A stretch of DNA of 64,000 bases from Syntrophorhabdaceae bacterium (GCA_963665295.1 OY762209.1:3520001-3584000); one strand, 5' to 3'; shown: positions 49,119 through 59,161, counted from the first letter of the stretch. Notes: generated by a model not told the origin, from the sequence alone. A program made the numbers and translations.

Positions 49119-50669
49119 TTATTGCGTAATATACCGTGCCCTCAGTTTGGGCTTTTCTATCTTGCCGGTCGGACTTCTCGGAACGCTGTCGAAGATGATT
49201 TTGCGTGGTCTCTTGTAGCGCGGGAGATTTTCCTCGCAGTAAAGCTTCATCTCTTCTTCGGTGAGCGCTCCGGGGGAAACGGGTTCGATTACGGCTGTGA
49301 CGATCTCGCCCAACCGCTCGTGGGGGGTGCCGATGACCGCCACATCCCTTACCTTGGGGTGTTTCTGGATTACTTCTTCGACTTCCACAGGGTAAACATT
49401 TTCCCCGCCGCTGATGACGAGGTCTTTGGCCCTGTCTACGAGGTAGATGTACCCATTCTCATCCTGGCGTGCAAGATCACCTGTATAAAGCCAGCCATTG
49501 ACGATGGTCCTTGCGGTAAGCTCGGGGTTTTTGTAATACTCCTTCATGACGCCCATGCCCTTGAGGGCGATCTCGCCTACCGAGCCCCGTGGTACATCTT
49601 CGCCCTGGGAATCGACGATCCGAGCATCCCAGAGGAGGCCGGGTCTGCCTATGGCGCCTATGGTTGCTTCATCCTGTATCCAGTTGTGGATAGTTCCCGG
49701 TCCCGCGCTTTCGCTCAGGCCGTAGGTATTATGACATTTCATCTCAGGGAAATACTCTCTGTATTTCCGTATGAGTGTCGTGGGAATGGGTTGGGCTCCC
49801 ATCTGGAGGATGTGCCAGTGGGTCAGGTCATAGTCTTCCTTCTTGAGCTCTCCTTTGTCGAGGGCTCCAAGGATGTCGAGAGCCCACGGGACGAGGAGAA
49901 AGGCCACGCGCAACTGTTCGCTGCTTATGGCTTCCAGAATGGCCTTGGGGGTAACCGCCTCGGTGAGGAGAACGGTCTTTGCCCCTACGAGCATGGAACC
50001 CAGGAGATGACCCATAGCCACGTGGTACATGGGCGGCATCATGAGGAGGGAATCCTCTCTCGTGAGGGAGAGGCCGGTCACTTCGTTTACTGCCGGGGCG
50101 AAAAGGTTCTTGTGGAGAAGGAGGATAGGCTTGGGTGCCCCTGTGGTGCCCGAGGTAAAATAGAGTCCCGCTTCATCCTCATCCTTTATGTCCACCTTGG
50201 GAGCGAGGGGGGAGTGCTCCGTAATGAGCTTCTCCATGCTCTCCATGTCTCCCACGAGTTTGTCGCCCGTACAGATGAACTTTTTGACCGTAGGCAGGGA
50301 AGAACGGAGGGCGTCGATGCGTTCCGCATATTCTTCCTCGAAAACGAAACAACTCGGTTCGGCCGCCGCCGCACAGTAGAGAATATTCTCATCGGTGAAG
50401 CGGAAATTGAGGGGATTTATCCAGGCGCCCGTTTTTATAATGGAAAAGAAGGCTTCGAGCCAGAGAATGGAATTCTTGCCGAGCCAGAAGACTTTGTCGC
50501 CTTTTTTGACGCCTTTTGCAATAAGGGCGTTGGCAAAACTATTCGTCCTCTCGTCAAACCGCTTCCAGTTGATCTCCAGCCGTGCTTTGGAAACAGGCCT
50601 TATTTCGACAAATGCAGTTTCATCAGGATACAGCCGCGCATTCTTGTATACCAGGTCGACTATGTTCAT
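49119..50669 (-). CDS. Acyl/aryl-CoA ligase (ANL family)
   Basis: GGAGG RBS; FTSGTTGAPK, YGLSE, TGDL, ISGGEN, PRSPTGK. Confidence 0.92.
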   Translation of the reverse strand: MNIVDLVYKNARLYPDETAFVEIRPVSKARLEINWKRFDERTNSFANALIAKGVKKGDKVFWLGKNSILWLEAFFSIIKTGAWINPLNFRFTDENILYCAAAAEPSCFVFEEEYAERIDALRSSLPTVKKFICTGDKLVGDMESMEKLITEHSPLAPKVDIKDEDEAGLYFTSGTTGAPKPILLLHKNLFAPAVNEVTGLSLTREDSLLMMPPMYHVAMGHLLGSMLVGAKTVLLTEAVTPKAILEAISSEQLRVAFLLVPWALDILGALDKGELKKEDYDLTHWHILQMGAQPIPTTLIRKYREYFPEMKCHNTYGLSESAGPGTIHNWIQDEATIGAIGRPGLLWDARIVDSQGEDVPRGSVGEIALKGMGVMKEYYKNPELTARTIVNGWLYTGDLARQDENGYIYLVDRAKDLVISGGENVYPVEVEEVIQKHPKVRDVAVIGTPHERLGEIVTAVIEPVSPGALTEEEMKLYCEENLPRYKRPRKIIFDSVPRSPTGKIEKPKLRARYITQ

Positions 50670-50760
50670 TGGTCCCTCCGCGTAGTTATTTTGAGCACTT
50701 TGTATTAATCCCTTGGGGCGGGGCACCCGGAGGACCGGATGCCCCTGCTATTATTCTCGT

Positions 50761-51792
50761 TTAGTGTGCTTTTGCTGTTTTCAGATAATCAAGACAGAAT
50801 TTGACGACTTCGTCTCCAGGTAGGCCTTTTGCCTTGGTGCTCTTTACGTAGTCATCGATGAGCGGTTTCACTTTGGCTGCCCATCTTGCGCTCTCTTCAG
50901 GCGACAGGGCGATGATCTTGTTGCCCCTCTTCAGGGTATAGTCTTTTCCTTCCTGTTCGATCTGGTCCCAGAGGGCACCCGTCTTTTCGATCCATTCCGC
51001 GCTTACCTCACCAAATATTTTCTGAACATCCGGAGGAAGGGCGTTCCATTTGGCCTTATTCATGATAATAAACATACCTGTCGAATATCCGGCGGGGTAG
51101 TCGAGGGTCGTATATTTTATGACCTCGCCCCACTTGAAACCCTGGAGGGCTTCCATGGGTGACATGGCGCCGTCCGCCACACCGGTGCGAAGTGCGTCAT
51201 AAGTCTCAGGCTGTGTGGTCCCCACGGGGGCGCCGCCCAGAGCGATGACAATCTTTGAAGCGAGGCCGGTGGCCCGGATCTTCATGCCCCGCACATCTTC
51301 AAGTTTATTGACCGGTTTCTTTGTATGAAGGAGGCCGGGTCCGTGGGCGTGGAGGTAAAGTACCTTCACGTCATCGAGTTCTTTCGGTTTGAACTTTCCG
51401 TAGTAGGCGTTGATCAATCTCGTCGCCGATATGCCGTTTTTATAGCCGAGAGGCAGGTCGATGGCCTCGGTAAGGGGAAATTTACCTCTCGTATATGCGA
51501 AGCAACTGAAACCGATATCGGCAATACCCTTTACGACGTTGTCATAGGTTTGTGCCGCAGGGGTGAGGGTACCTCCGGGAAAATATGCGATCTTGACTTT
51601 CCCGCCCGTTCTTTTCTCCACCTCTTTGCACCACTGGTCGGCAAGGATACTGTGTTTGTGAGGAGCAGGAAAGAAGTTCGAATAGTTGAGCGAAATAACC
51701 TTTTGGGCCGACGAATAACCTGGAAGCGCTATGATACAGATGCCGAGACACAAGACGATGAAAAATACCTTTGAAGCCGTGAACCTTTTCAT
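50761..51792 (-). CDS. TRAP transporter substrate-binding protein (DctP family)
   Basis: Signal peptide, EVEKRTGGKVKI..FPGGTL, GMKIR, MNKAKWNALP. Confidence 0.92.
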   Translation of the reverse strand: MKRFTASKVFFIVLCLGICIIALPGYSSAQKVISLNYSNFFPAPHKHSILADQWCKEVEKRTGGKVKIAYFPGGTLTPAAQTYDNVVKGIADIGFSCFAYTRGKFPLTEAIDLPLGYKNGISATRLINAYYGKFKPKELDDVKVLYLHAHGPGLLHTKKPVNKLEDVRGMKIRATGLASKIVIALGGAPVGTTQPETYDALRTGVADGAMSPMEALQGFKWGEVIKYTTLDYPAGYSTGMFIIMNKAKWNALPPDVQKIFGEVSAEWIEKTGALWDQIEQEGKDYTLKRGNKIIALSPEESARWAAKVKPLIDDYVKSTKAKGLPGDEVVKFCLDYLKTAKAH

Positions 51793-51985
51793 AATGTTGC
51801 CCCCTTTTTAAATTTTGGTTTTTATGTTTCCGTAGCGGAAACATAATCAAGTATCGCTGTGCGGTTCCTCCCTCCGCTCAGCAGATATAATCTATTATCA
51901 CAAACGGAAGGGAAATAAATGATATGAATAAGGCAGACTAATAGCAGCAAAAAAATGCTATTATGTATGATTGAAGAAGGATTGG

Positions 51986-53611
51986 TCAGCTAAGGGACAT
52001 GAGATACGACTTGAGGTTGATTTTGCGTTTATTCAATCCCAGCTTGTCTCTGATGTTCTGGCGGTGGTGGTTTATGGCGTTTTCCGATACCCCCGAGATT
52101 CTGGCGATTTCCTTTATTGTCCTGCCGTCTCTGATAAGGTTGGCAACCATGATCTCCGTGGGGGTAAACTGGGAATAGACGTAGACCATCTTCTGGACAA
52201 AGGGGGATATAATGTTCTTAAGGTTTGTCTCAAGGATATCTACATAGGTCTTCTGCTCGTGATCGAGCCGTTTTTCCTTCAGGCGCTCGAGGTAGGGGAG
52301 GACGAGCTTCTTTACGTTGCTTATGATCTTGTCCTCCATCTCGTCTTTGTCCTGCTCGCGCTGCTTGAGCAAAATCCTCAGGGCGGCGTTGACTTCCTCC
52401 AGGTTAAGGGTCTTAATCCTCAACTCCTCCTCTCCCCTCTTCTGCTCGGTGATATCGCGGACGAACCCCCCGACGCCCTTCGAGTTGTCACTCAAATTCA
52501 CGGGAAACCTGCGTGTTTCGTAAACTCTGTTTCCTATGGTTTCCTCCAGTATGACGATGGACGACGACTTGAGCGATTTCTTGTCGGCCCGTCTCGCCTT
52601 TTCGGCGTCTTTTGACGGCCGGATCTGAAAATCCGTATTGTGGAGGATATCTTCCTCATTTTTCCTGAAGAACTTCCAGAAAGGTTTGTTGACGATTATA
52701 TATTGAAGCTGGCCGTCCTTCAGAAAGACACCATCCGCCGTGGAATCCATAAAGGTCCGATATCGCTCCTCGCTTGCCCTCAACGCGTTTTCCATTTCCT
52801 TGCGGTGAGTAATATCTTCTATGGTTCCTTCGTAGTAGAGGGTCTTGCCGTTGCGGTCCCGCACTGTCCGGGCATTGAGAGAAACCCACGCCTTATTGCC
52901 GTCTTTCTTGTATACCTGTTCCTCGAACCCTTCGACAGAACCCTGTTGCTCACAGAGGGTCTTAAATCTTTCGCGGTCTTCGGGGTTAACATAGAGCTCC
53001 TTCCCTATGTCCGTATAGGATGCCACGAGTTCCTGGGCGGACCTGAACCCGTACATCTTTGCAAAGGTAGTGTTCGCGGTAATGACCTTTCCTGCCGGCG
53101 TGGTCTGGAAGATGCCCTCAATTGCGTTTTCGAAGATACCGCGATATTTTTCTTCACTTACCTTAAGCTTGTTTTCCGCATCCTTTCGTTCGCTCACGTC
53201 CCTGACGATAGCCTGAAGGAGGACTGTATTCTCGTCTATTTCGATCTGGTTGAGGCTTACTTCCGCGTCGAAGGGTGTGCCGTCGTGTCTGCAGTGCTTC
53301 CACTCGAAAAACTGGGGACGGCCAGAAATGGCGGCTTTTCCCAGGGCTATCGCCTTTCCTTTCGACGGCGCTCCGTCGGGTTGAAAGGACGGAGAAAACC
53401 GATAGGGTGTTTGCCCGACACTCTGCTCCCTTGAACAACGGAAGATGGTGAGGAACTTCTGGTTGCAGTCGATGATGATATCTCTTTTCATAAGAAATAT
53501 TGCATCGTTGGCGTTGTCAAAAAGAGTCCTGTACTTGATCTCGCTTTCCCGGAGCTTGTCGAGGGCGAGCTTCCCCTCCATAATTTCATCTGCGGCGGTT
53601 TTGTCATTCAT
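51986..53611 (-). CDS. Multi-PAS (3) LuxR-HTH one-component regulator
   Basis: Three PAS repeats; LEEVNAALRILL coiled coil; FTPTE..VA.LI..G.T.KEIA...HRQNIR.KLGL. Confidence 0.9.
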   Translation of the reverse strand: MNDKTAADEIMEGKLALDKLRESEIKYRTLFDNANDAIFLMKRDIIIDCNQKFLTIFRCSREQSVGQTPYRFSPSFQPDGAPSKGKAIALGKAAISGRPQFFEWKHCRHDGTPFDAEVSLNQIEIDENTVLLQAIVRDVSERKDAENKLKVSEEKYRGIFENAIEGIFQTTPAGKVITANTTFAKMYGFRSAQELVASYTDIGKELYVNPEDRERFKTLCEQQGSVEGFEEQVYKKDGNKAWVSLNARTVRDRNGKTLYYEGTIEDITHRKEMENALRASEERYRTFMDSTADGVFLKDGQLQYIIVNKPFWKFFRKNEEDILHNTDFQIRPSKDAEKARRADKKSLKSSSIVILEETIGNRVYETRRFPVNLSDNSKGVGGFVRDITEQKRGEEELRIKTLNLEEVNAALRILLKQREQDKDEMEDKIISNVKKLVLPYLERLKEKRLDHEQKTYVDILETNLKNIISPFVQKMVYVYSQFTPTEIMVANLIRDGRTIKEIARISGVSENAINHHRQNIRDKLGLNKRKINLKSYLMSLS

Positions 53612-53652
53612 TGCGCGGACTCCCTCTGATGAACTGCCTTATCTGCAACTCT

Positions 53653-53681
53653 GTTTTAACACAACGGCCGGCCGGTCGCAA
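53653..53681 (-). promoter_or_regulatory. Putative sigma70 promoter of the PAS-LuxR gene
   Basis: TTGCGA-17 bp-TAAAAC with extended TG. Confidence 0.5.
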
Positions 53682-53694
53682 GGGGGCTGCAGCC

Positions 53695-55486
53695 CCATAA
53701 TCCACCACCCCTCTCGCCCTTACCGCTGCTTTGCCCTCCATCCGAGCCGTCTTTCCCCACCACCCTTTAAATCGGAATCAAATATGAACCCTTCGTTCCG
53801 TTTCGTCTATCCAGACATGGCACACGCCTCTCTGACGGGTAAGATTTGGGCACACCCCTCCTTTCGCCGTCTCGTTCCACAAAGAGTCTCTTCCCCGCTT
53901 CTCATCATCTATCCCGAAAGTACAAGCTCCATGATGCGTTGCCGTGCTGCGAACAATAATTCCAGGGAGGGGTGTTCTCTCGATATGCGGATCACAAGTT
54001 CCCTCGCGTGGGTCATGACCCTTCCCGGCAGGTTGATGAGGGAAAAGCGGATCGCCTTCATTCTCCTGGTGGCCCATGATCCTTTCAGCACCAGACGTTT
54101 CAATGCCGAATTGATATTAAAGGCGAGGACCATTATCCACCACCAGGCGGCATTCTCTCCGAACTTACCCGTTGGGAGTCTTCCCCCGGCAAGGTCCTCT
54201 TTCATGATAGAGTGGGCCTCCTCCGATTTCCCTGCCCGTTTATAATGCCACCGTATCAGTTCATCTCCTTCCATATCCCTGTTTGTGACGATGCCGAATA
54301 TCCTGTAGCGCTTTTGTGTCATCATCATCGTAGGGAATGAGAGTTGCCCTTCCATGCCGGGAAGGATATCCTGTTTTAAAAGCTCACGGGTAGCGAAGTA
54401 GCGGTATTCCGGATCCTTTTTGCTGTGGCCGACCGCATTGGGTACGTAGCAGACTTCGGTCCACTCCCTTCCCGTCTCCTTTCCTTCTTTATAGAGAGGT
54501 CTCCACTCTTCTGCCTGGGCCACTGCCTTTTTGAACTCAGAGGTCACATCGGCGCCTATGGCAAACTCGATCCTGCCGAAGCGTGTATTTTCGCCATTCT
54601 CGCAGTACTTCAGGAGGTCGTGTTGATACCCTGCGGTATCGGAACGGAGATAGACCTTCTCTACACCGGGAGGAAGCTTTGAGAGGGCTTCCTTGAATAC
54701 TCTTAACTGTTCATGTCCCGCAGGGACATTGCCGTCCCTGAACTCGGTATGAAGAATCAACTCCTGTTCCGCCCACCAGGTATTGAACGGTTGATAGGCC
54801 TTATGGTGTTTATAACTGAAGAGGGCGCTTCTCTTCAACGTCTCTATCAGGGTTGCATCCATATCGAGGGTCGCGACCTTTGGGGAGGCGGACTTCACTA
54901 TGGAGCAGATGAAATCCCGGTGTACCTTCATGAGGTTCATAAGATGCTCGTTCGGGGCGGGAATGAAGGCCTTCCCCTTTTCCCTCTTCTTCTCCTCCCG
55001 CGCATCATGGAAGGCGGAGAGATACCGGAATATCGGGGAAGGGGAAGGGAACGTGCGTTGCCGCTCCCGGGCTTTCCGTTCCTTGCGGGTAAGCCCTTTC
55101 TGTTCTATTCGCCGCACGACTCTGCACAGCCCCTCATCCTTTTCAAGGATAGTTACATCGTCTACGCTGTCTCCTCCGGCAAGGTTCAGAAGAATGAGGG
55201 TGAGGATTATCTGCGTGTCTGTCCAGCCTTCACTCTTTATATGCATGTGAGCACCGATCGAACCGGCGAGGCCCAAGGCCGATGCAAGGTCGAGGTAGAG
55301 GGGGAGCCCTGCGAGGGAGGTCATGCCTGTTTCTCTTTTCTCTTCTTCATACTTGTACGGAAGGAGGCCCTGTGGCATAATTGATTCACCTCGTTGGTGA
55401 TGGAATTTGGTGTGGTGACTACATTCTATCATCCCTATTCGTAGGGGCCAACGGGGTTTTTGATTATTTTTGGTGGGGGATTAAGG
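53695..55486 (-). mobile_element. IS1380-family insertion sequence (1792 bp)
   Basis: Terminal IRs CCATAATCCACCACC / CCTTAATCCCCCACC (13/15); flanking AGCC direct repeats at 53691-53694 and 55487-55490. Confidence 0.88.
53909..55378 (-). CDS. IS1380-family DDE transposase
   Basis: TLDMDAT, FRDGNVPA, LRSDTAG, RAGKSEE, FGENAAW; GAGGTG RBS; ORF intact. Confidence 0.9.
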   Translation of the reverse strand: MPQGLLPYKYEEEKRETGMTSLAGLPLYLDLASALGLAGSIGAHMHIKSEGWTDTQIILTLILLNLAGGDSVDDVTILEKDEGLCRVVRRIEQKGLTRKERKARERQRTFPSPSPIFRYLSAFHDAREEKKREKGKAFIPAPNEHLMNLMKVHRDFICSIVKSASPKVATLDMDATLIETLKRSALFSYKHHKAYQPFNTWWAEQELILHTEFRDGNVPAGHEQLRVFKEALSKLPPGVEKVYLRSDTAGYQHDLLKYCENGENTRFGRIEFAIGADVTSEFKKAVAQAEEWRPLYKEGKETGREWTEVCYVPNAVGHSKKDPEYRYFATRELLKQDILPGMEGQLSFPTMMMTQKRYRIFGIVTNRDMEGDELIRWHYKRAGKSEEAHSIMKEDLAGGRLPTGKFGENAAWWWIMVLAFNINSALKRLVLKGSWATRRMKAIRFSLINLPGRVMTHARELVIRISREHPSLELLFAARQRIMELVLSG

Positions 55487-55537
55487 AGCCATGGTGTGAC
55501 AGGGAGTTCGGTATGCTATGAGAGGGGGTAATGAGAA

Positions 55538-55562
55538 GCGGCGCCCCTTGGGGGGGCGCCGC
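55538..55562 (-). terminator. Terminator-like hairpin after the terC-family gene
   Basis: GCGGCGCCCC/GGGGCGCCGC stem. Confidence 0.6.
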
Positions 55563-55595
55563 ACAAGTCTTCAGTATACCCTGTAGCCGGTGTCG

Positions 55596-56321
55596 TCAGG
55601 ACCTGTTTATCCGGTCCAACGCGGGTTCCTGTTTGGGGACCCCCCGTACCTTCACCCACATCTTCGCCGCCACCACGACACCCACGGCAAGGGCAAGCTG
55701 CACCGTATAGTCGAGGAGGTGACCCGGATGTCCGTGGAACACGGAGCGCACCATCCAGGGATCGCTCATGATCATCTCTCCCGCTACCCTGCCCAGTACG
55801 GCGGCGCCCAGGAGGACGATCACCGGGAAGCGATCCATGAGCTTTGTAATGATGTTGCTCGCGAATACCACTATGGGGATGCTCGTGGCAAGTCCGATGA
55901 GGAGAAGAAGAAGGTTCCCGTTCGCGGCTCCCGCCACGCCGAGTACGTTATCGAGACTCATTACGAGGTCTGCCATGAGGATGGTGATGACCGCCTGACG
56001 GAGGCCATGCACCTCTTTTACGTTGTCTCCCTCCGGTTCGGGGAGGAGGAGCTTGAAGGCGATCCAGAGGATGAGAAGACCACCCGCGAGTTTCACGAAG
56101 GAGACTTCAAGGAGCTTTGCCGCCACGAAGGTAAGGGCTATCCGGAGGAGCACCGCCCCTGCGGTACCCAGTATGATGCCCCACTGTCTTTCCTTAGGGG
56201 GAAGGGACCTCACCGCCATGGCGATGACCACTGCGTTGTCTCCTGAAAGGATGATGTTGATGAAGATGATGTTAAGCAGGCCGAAAAAGAAAGGGCCGTT
56301 GAAGATATTTGCCAAATCCAT
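55596..56321 (-). CDS. TerC/YjbE family membrane protein
   Basis: LSGDNAVVIA, ADLVMSLDNVL, multiple TMs. Confidence 0.92.
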   Translation of the reverse strand: MDLANIFNGPFFFGLLNIIFINIILSGDNAVVIAMAVRSLPPKERQWGIILGTAGAVLLRIALTFVAAKLLEVSFVKLAGGLLILWIAFKLLLPEPEGDNVKEVHGLRQAVITILMADLVMSLDNVLGVAGAANGNLLLLLIGLATSIPIVVFASNIITKLMDRFPVIVLLGAAVLGRVAGEMIMSDPWMVRSVFHGHPGHLLDYTVQLALAVGVVVAAKMWVKVRGVPKQEPALDRINRS

Positions 56322-56540
56322 GGTAGAGCACCTCCGGTTAACTTTCCATAATATAACCCGAAAGGAAGCGGATTTCCTATATCAATAATGTACATAATGA
56401 CTATCTATTATAAATAGGTATATACTATTGGAGAACGACGAGAGAACGGACTTTCCTCTTGGTTCGCTGCGACCGGTGTGGTACAATGGTGTCATCCGGT
56501 TTGTCAATCTGTCTTTTTTGAGTAAAAGGGGCCTGGTCCC

Positions 56541-59012
56541 GTGTCTCGAGGTATGAGGCGGGGATTTCTGCCACGTTGGATTTTTCAGGCAATGACTGAG
56601 GCGGGAAGAGTGGAAGGCGAACATAAGAGAATCGGGAAGATGATAAACGACTCTGAGGAAGCGTTCGGAGGGAGCGGGGCGGGACTTCACCTGCTCTTTG
56701 AGAGATCTGCGGATCCCCTCCTTCTTATGCGGGAAAACAGGTTTATCGCCATCAACGATGCGGCCCTTAAGATGCTCGGGTATCCCGTGAAGACCCTTCT
56801 TCTTGGACTCAGCCCGTCACAGATATCACCCGAGATTCAACCCGATGGCCGGCGTTCGGCTGAGAAAGAGAAAACATGCCTTTCTTTGACGCGGAAACAG
56901 GGTCATAGCCGTTTCGAATGGGTGTTTCGGAAGTTCGATGGGAAGGACATCCGGGTAGAGGTGTCGCTTACTGCAATGCCCATGAAAGGAAAGGAGATCA
57001 TCCATGTCATGTGGCGTGATATCACCGGACAGAAACGGGCTGAAGATGCGTTGCGGCAAGCCGAGGGGAAGTATCGGGGAATCTTTGAAAATGCGGTGAG
57101 TGGTATCTTCCAGACAACGCCGGTCGGCCGTTTTGTAAGTGTCAACCCGGCCCTCGCCGTAATGTACGGTTTTGCCTCACCCCAGGAGATGCTGGCCAGC
57201 ATTAACGACATAGAGGATCAGTATGTCAACCCCGAGGATAGGACCAGATTCAAACTGGTTCTGGAGGAGCAGGGTTCGATATCGAAATTCGAGACACAAT
57301 TGTACCGCAAGGACAGGAGCAGGGTGTGGGTTTCCATGAGCGGCCGGGTGGTGCGGGACGAGACCGGACAGGTAGCTTACTACGAAGGTTTCGTAGAAGA
57401 CATTACCCAGCGGAAAATGGCAGAAGAGGCGTTGCGTAAGGAGAAAGAAACTTTTTTCACAATCCTTGACAATGATCCCATGGGAGTGATACTGAGCGAC
57501 CGGGTCGGAAAGTACCTGTACGTGAACCAGGAGTTCACAAACGTTACAGGTTACACTCGCCAGGACGTGCCTACGGGTAGGGACTGGTTCAGGAAGGCAT
57601 ACCCGGATCCCGCATACAGGCGCAGGGTCATGGCTGTGTGGGAGAATAACACGCTGTCCGAGGCGGGGGAATGGATAGATGTGGAATTTGCAATTACCTG
57701 CAAGGATGGTCAGACCAAGGACATAGAGTTCAGATCTACCTTCCTGAAGGACTATAGTATCACGGTCCTCAAGGACGTCACGAAGCGGAAACAGGCGGAA
57801 ACAGCGCTTCAGGAAAGTGAGGAGAAGTTCCGTCTCCTATTCGAGAAGTCCGCGGATCCCATATTTCTGATTGACGGCAGCAGGATCATGGATTGCAATG
57901 AAGCTGCCATAGGGCTGATGCGTTGTTCAGGCAAGGACCAGCTTATAGGATTGCGTCCGTCGGATATCTCGCCCACCTTGCAGCCCGACGGAGTCGAGTC
58001 CCTGGCAAAAGCCGAAAAAGTAGTGGATGTGGCCCTCAGGGAAGGGACCAGTCATTTTGAATGGATGCTTCGCGGGCTTGACGGAGAGGAGTTTCTCGCC
58101 GACGTTTCATTCACGGTCATCAGGATACATGGAAAGCAGATCATGTATACGGTGTGGAGAGACATAACGAATCGCAAACGAGCGGAAGAGGCCCTGAGAC
58201 AAGCTGAAGAGAAATACCGGAACATCTTCGAGAATGCGACCGAGGGGATCTTTCAGACCACTATCGATGGCGGCGTGCTAAGCGCGAATCCTGCATTCGC
58301 GCATCTTTTCGGATACGAATCGGCTGATGAAATGTTGCAGTCGGTCCAGGACATAACCTATGAAATCTATGCAGACCCGGCGAGAAGGGTAGAATTGAAG
58401 CGTCTTCTCGAAGAACAGGGGTACGTGAGAAACTTCGAGGTGCAATGCCGTCGAAGGGATGGCGAGAGGACGTGGATCAGCGCGAATATGCGGGTAGTTC
58501 GCGACAGCAGAGGCAAGCTCCTTTTTTACGAAGGGACCCTTTCGGACATAACGGAACGGAAGAACATACAGGAAGACCTCGAGAACAAATCACTGAGTCT
58601 GGAAGAGGCGAATGCGGCTCTTAGGGTGCTGTTGAAACACAGGGAGCAGGATGGCCGCGAACTTGAGGAGAAGGTCGTGAGTAATATCAAAGAACTCGTC
58701 CTGCCCTACGTGGAGAGATTGAAAGGAAACAGAGCGGAAAACAGTCGGCCCATAGTAGATATCGTCGAAACGAATCTGGCGGAAATCATGTCGCCTTTTA
58801 TAAGGCGTATGGCGTCGAGGTATGCAAACTTTACCCCCAAAGAAATCCAGATCGCCGATCTCATCAAGAAGGGAAAGACAACCAAGGAGATGTCCCAACT
58901 TCTCCTGCTGTCAACGAGAACCATCGATATACACCGGTACAATATCAGGAGAAAACTGAACCTCAACAAGAAGAAGATAAACCTTCAATCCTACCTCCTG
59001 TCCCTTTCATAA
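56541..59012 (+). CDS. Multi-PAS (5) LuxR-HTH regulator (start uncertain; ATG 56592 or 56640 possible)
   Basis: Five PAS repeats; LEEANAALRVLL; FTPKEIQIA...HRYNIRRKL. Confidence 0.9.
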   Translation: MSRGMRRGFLPRWIFQAMTEAGRVEGEHKRIGKMINDSEEAFGGSGAGLHLLFERSADPLLLMRENRFIAINDAALKMLGYPVKTLLLGLSPSQISPEIQPDGRRSAEKEKTCLSLTRKQGHSRFEWVFRKFDGKDIRVEVSLTAMPMKGKEIIHVMWRDITGQKRAEDALRQAEGKYRGIFENAVSGIFQTTPVGRFVSVNPALAVMYGFASPQEMLASINDIEDQYVNPEDRTRFKLVLEEQGSISKFETQLYRKDRSRVWVSMSGRVVRDETGQVAYYEGFVEDITQRKMAEEALRKEKETFFTILDNDPMGVILSDRVGKYLYVNQEFTNVTGYTRQDVPTGRDWFRKAYPDPAYRRRVMAVWENNTLSEAGEWIDVEFAITCKDGQTKDIEFRSTFLKDYSITVLKDVTKRKQAETALQESEEKFRLLFEKSADPIFLIDGSRIMDCNEAAIGLMRCSGKDQLIGLRPSDISPTLQPDGVESLAKAEKVVDVALREGTSHFEWMLRGLDGEEFLADVSFTVIRIHGKQIMYTVWRDITNRKRAEEALRQAEEKYRNIFENATEGIFQTTIDGGVLSANPAFAHLFGYESADEMLQSVQDITYEIYADPARRVELKRLLEEQGYVRNFEVQCRRRDGERTWISANMRVVRDSRGKLLFYEGTLSDITERKNIQEDLENKSLSLEEANAALRVLLKHREQDGRELEEKVVSNIKELVLPYVERLKGNRAENSRPIVDIVETNLAEIMSPFIRRMASRYANFTPKEIQIADLIKKGKTTKEMSQLLLLSTRTIDIHRYNIRRKLNLNKKKINLQSYLLSLS

Positions 59013-59125
59013 CTATTACCTAAATCATATAGGTATTAGCTAAAAGAATAATTGATATAGCAAATTAGACCCGATGCATTTACAATATCCCAAGTAATAT
59101 CTCCTTCCATTGTGTTATGGCACTG

Positions 59126-59161
59126 TCTTCCCGGATCCGGAAGGGTCCGGGAAGAACCCCT
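59126..59161 (-). repeat. Dispersed palindromic (REP-like) element, copy 2
   Basis: TCTTCCCGGATCC-GGAA-GGGTCCGGGAAGA-ACCCCT hairpin sharing 19 bp with copy 1. Confidence 0.6.

Noticed and set aside
56322..56540. yybP-ykoY Mn riboswitch upstream of the terC-family gene
   Set aside because: The conserved four-way junction motifs are not recognisable; an AT-rich promoter-like region lies close to the start
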